From Eledone cirrhosa (Eukaryota), in the NCBI GenBank assembly GCA_964016885.1, contig CAXHJY010000072.1, positions 1 to 64,000 of the forward strand: a stretch of 64,000 bases of DNA. Reading direction: 5' to 3'. The notes beneath the pieces are model-generated. The model searched no databases. It worked only from the letters and a program-made list of their open reading frames with translations, and was not told where the DNA came from. Below, in pieces: positions 59,924 to 64,000 of the stretch (position 1 is its first letter; each line of letters opens with the position of its first letter). Position numbers and translations under genes: made by a program.

Positions 59924-59954
<31 letters not shown>

Positions 59955-60812
59955 CATATATATATATCATATATATCATATATATATATCATATATATAT
60001 GTCATATATATCATATATATATCATATATATCATATATATCATATATATATATATATCATATATATATATATATATCATATATATCATATATATATATAT
60101 CATATATATATATATCATATATATATATATATATATATACATATATATCATATATATATATATCATATATATATATATCATATATCATATATATCATATA
60201 TATATATATCATATATCATATATATCATATATATATATATCATATATATATATATCATATATATATATATCATATATCATATATATCATATATATATATA
60301 TCATATATATATATATATCATATATATATATATCATATATGATATATATATATATATATGATATATATATATATATATGATATATATATATATACATGTA
60401 TATATATATAGTGTATATACATATATATATATATATCGTATACATATATATATACATGTATATATATACAGTGTATATACATATATATATATATCGTATA
60501 TACATATATATATATATCGTATATATATATATATATATATATAGTATATATATACATATATATATATATATCGTATATATATATATATATATATAGTATA
60601 TATATACATATATATATGTATATATAGTATATATATAGTATATATACATATATATATATCGTATATATATATGTATATATAGTATGTATATATGTATATA
60701 TATGTATATATGTATATATATATATATACATCGTATATATAACATATATATATATATAGTATATATATATAGTATATATAAATACATATCTATATATGTA
60801 TATATATATAAA

Positions 60813-60869
<57 letters not shown>

Positions 60870-60885
60870 TATATATATATATATA

Positions 60886-60921
<36 letters not shown>

Positions 60922-60936
60922 TATATATATATATAG

Positions 60937-60967
<31 letters not shown>

Positions 60968-60984
60968 TATATATAAATATATAG

Positions 60985-61016
<32 letters not shown>

Positions 61017-61322
61017 ATATACTTATATATACATAGTATATATATAGTATATATATATATATATATATATAGTATATATACATATATATACATAGTATAT
61101 ATATATATATATATATAGTATATATACATATATATACATAGTATATATACATATATATATATAGTATATATATATATATATATATATAGTATATATACAT
61201 ATATATATATAGTATATATATATATATATATATATAGTATATATACATATATATATATAGTATATATACATATATATATATAGTATATATACATATATAT
61301 ATATATAGTATATATATATATA

Positions 61323-61362
<40 letters not shown>

Positions 61363-61667
61363 TATATATATATAGTATATATACATATATTTATATGTAT
61401 ATAGTATATATATATATATATAGTATATATACATATATTTATATATATATATATATATAGTATATATATATATATATATATATATAGTATATATATATAT
61501 AGTATATATACATATATTTATATATATATATATAGTATATATATATATATATATATAGTATATATATATATATATATATATAGTATATATATATATATAT
61601 ATATAGTATATATATATATATATATATAGTATATATATATATAGTATATATATATATATATATATAG

Positions 61668-61698
<31 letters not shown>

Positions 61699-61702
61699 TA
61701 TA

Positions 61703-61769
<67 letters not shown>

Positions 61770-61773
61770 TATA

Positions 61774-61833
<60 letters not shown>

Positions 61834-61858
61834 GTATATATATATATATTATATATAT

Positions 61859-61894
<36 letters not shown>

Positions 61895-61903
61895 GTATAT
61901 ATA

Positions 61904-61943
<40 letters not shown>

Positions 61944-61984
61944 TATATATATAGTATATATATATATATATATATAGTATATAT

Positions 61985-62018
<34 letters not shown>

Positions 62019-62054
62019 CTATATATATGTATATATATGTATATATATATATAG

Positions 62055-62090
<36 letters not shown>

Positions 62091-62091
62091 G

Positions 62092-62180
<89 letters not shown>

Positions 62181-62220
62181 TATATATATATAGTATATAT
62201 ATATGTATATATATATATAG

Positions 62221-62256
<36 letters not shown>

Positions 62257-62257
62257 G

Positions 62258-62291
<34 letters not shown>

Positions 62292-62292
62292 G

Positions 62293-62332
<40 letters not shown>

Positions 62333-62333
62333 G

Positions 62334-62367
<34 letters not shown>

Positions 62368-62420
62368 GTATATATATATATATGTATATATATATATAGT
62401 ATATGTATATATATATATAG

Positions 62421-62451
<31 letters not shown>

Positions 62452-62560
62452 GTATATATATATATAGTATATATATATATATGTATATATATATATAGTA
62501 TATATATATATATGTATATATATATATAGTATATATATATATATGTATATATATATATAG

Positions 62561-62594
<34 letters not shown>

Positions 62595-63292
62595 GTATAT
62601 ATATATAGTATATATATATATATATATATATATACATCGTATATATATAGTATATATATATAGTATATATAGTATATATATATATATATAGTATATATAG
62701 TATATATAGTATATATATATATATATAATATATATATAATATATAATATAGTATATATATATATATATAGTATATATAGTATATATAGTATATATATATA
62801 TAGTATATATAGTATATATATAGTATATATATATATATAGTATATATAGTATATATATATATATATAGTATATATAGTATATATATATATATAGTATATA
62901 TAGTATATATATATATATATAATATATATAGTATATATAGTATATATATATTTATATAGTATATATAGTATATATATGTATATATAGTATATATATATAT
63001 AGTATATATAGTATATATATATATATAGTATATATATGTATATATAGTATATATATATATAGTATATATAGTATATATATATATAGTATATATATATATA
63101 TAGTATATATAGTATATATATATAGTATATATAGTATATATATATATATAGTATATATAGTATATATATATATATAGTATATATAGTATATATATATATA
63201 TAGTATATATAGTATATATATATATGTATAGTATATATAGTATATATATATATAGTATATAGTATATATATATATATAGTATATATAGTATA
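58321..63292. repeat. About 5-kb compound (TA)n microsatellite with successive ATCGTG-, ATC- and TAG-interrupted zones
   Basis: Direct reading. Confidence 0.95.
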
Positions 63293-64000
63293 CAGATCCA
63301 GGGAACGGGGCCCGAGGATAGGAAGAGGAAATGGCTAGACCATTTTAGGACCCTACTAGGAGAGCCACCCTCCACAGCCCAGAGCACTGGGGAGATCAGG
63401 CGGCTGTTTGAGGAACTGGATGTTGAGACAGAGCCCTTCACCAGAGAGGAGCTTCAGAGAGCCAAGAAGAAGATCAAGGAGGGCAAGGCTCATGGAGAAG
63501 ATGGAGTAGCATCAGAGGTGATGAAGTGGTGTGATTTTGATGATATCATCCTGGGGTTCTGTAACGGGGCACTGGAGAAAGGAGTTGCCCCGAATCAGTG
63601 GAGGATCAGTAACATCGTCCCAGTGCCAAAGAAGGGAGATCTCTCTAACACCAACAACTACCGGGGGATCTCACTGACGTCACTTGTGGCAAAGACCCTC
63701 AACAGGATGATTCTTAACAGGATCCAGCCTGAGATGGAGAAGAAGCTCAGGGACAACCAGAACGGCTTCAGAGAGGGTAGATCAACCACCAGTCACATCC
63801 TGATGCTGAGGAGGATATTAGAGGGAGCTAGAGCAAAGTGCCTTCCTGCGGTCATGGTTTTCATTGACTTTAGGAAGGCCTTTGATTCTGTGGACCGTTA
63901 CTGCCTGATGAAGATCTTGCGGGCTTATGGAATCCCCAAGAGGATAGTGGACCTGATATCACTGCTCTACACCAACACCAAAGCCCAAGTCATTACACCT
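63293..64000 (+). CDS. RTE-clade LINE reverse transcriptase, 5'-truncated, open to window end
   Basis: Open frame of 236 codons: GKAHGEDG, WRISNIVPVPKKGDLS..NYRGISLTS, QNGFREGRST, FIDFRKAFDSV, LRAYGIP. Confidence 0.9.

Overview
AT-rich eukaryotic, repeat-dominated DNA. I found no supportable host gene. The SINE family looks like the tRNA-derived SINEs I recall from octopus, so a cephalopod origin is likely but inferred. The window holds very long (TA)n compound microsatellites carrying many insertions: two CR1/L2-group LINEs, several RTE pieces, a Dong/R4 fragment, CRE-like fragments, a Penelope-like RT + GIY-YIG element, about 20 tRNA-SINE copies, Helitron-like elements and MITEs. The main discovery is a dense hammerhead-ribozyme (HHR) system. 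(i) A near-perfect tandem array of a 311-bp non-coding unit (8505-12379, about 12.5 copies) has one intact minimal type I HHR per unit and an inverted partial copy at its head. This is retrozyme-like and predicted to make a structured, self-cleaving, possibly circular 311-nt RNA. (ii) At least 8 unrelated-looking short non-coding families carry intact or core-variant HHRs. Many are inserted as asymmetric fold-back palindromes in (TA)n, with the inversion axis at or near the ribozyme, and several share a GTATTGAGTAC tail motif. All ribozyme calls come from manual motif and base-pair reading; none was computed or tested. Most ORFs in the supplied track are microsatellite artefacts.
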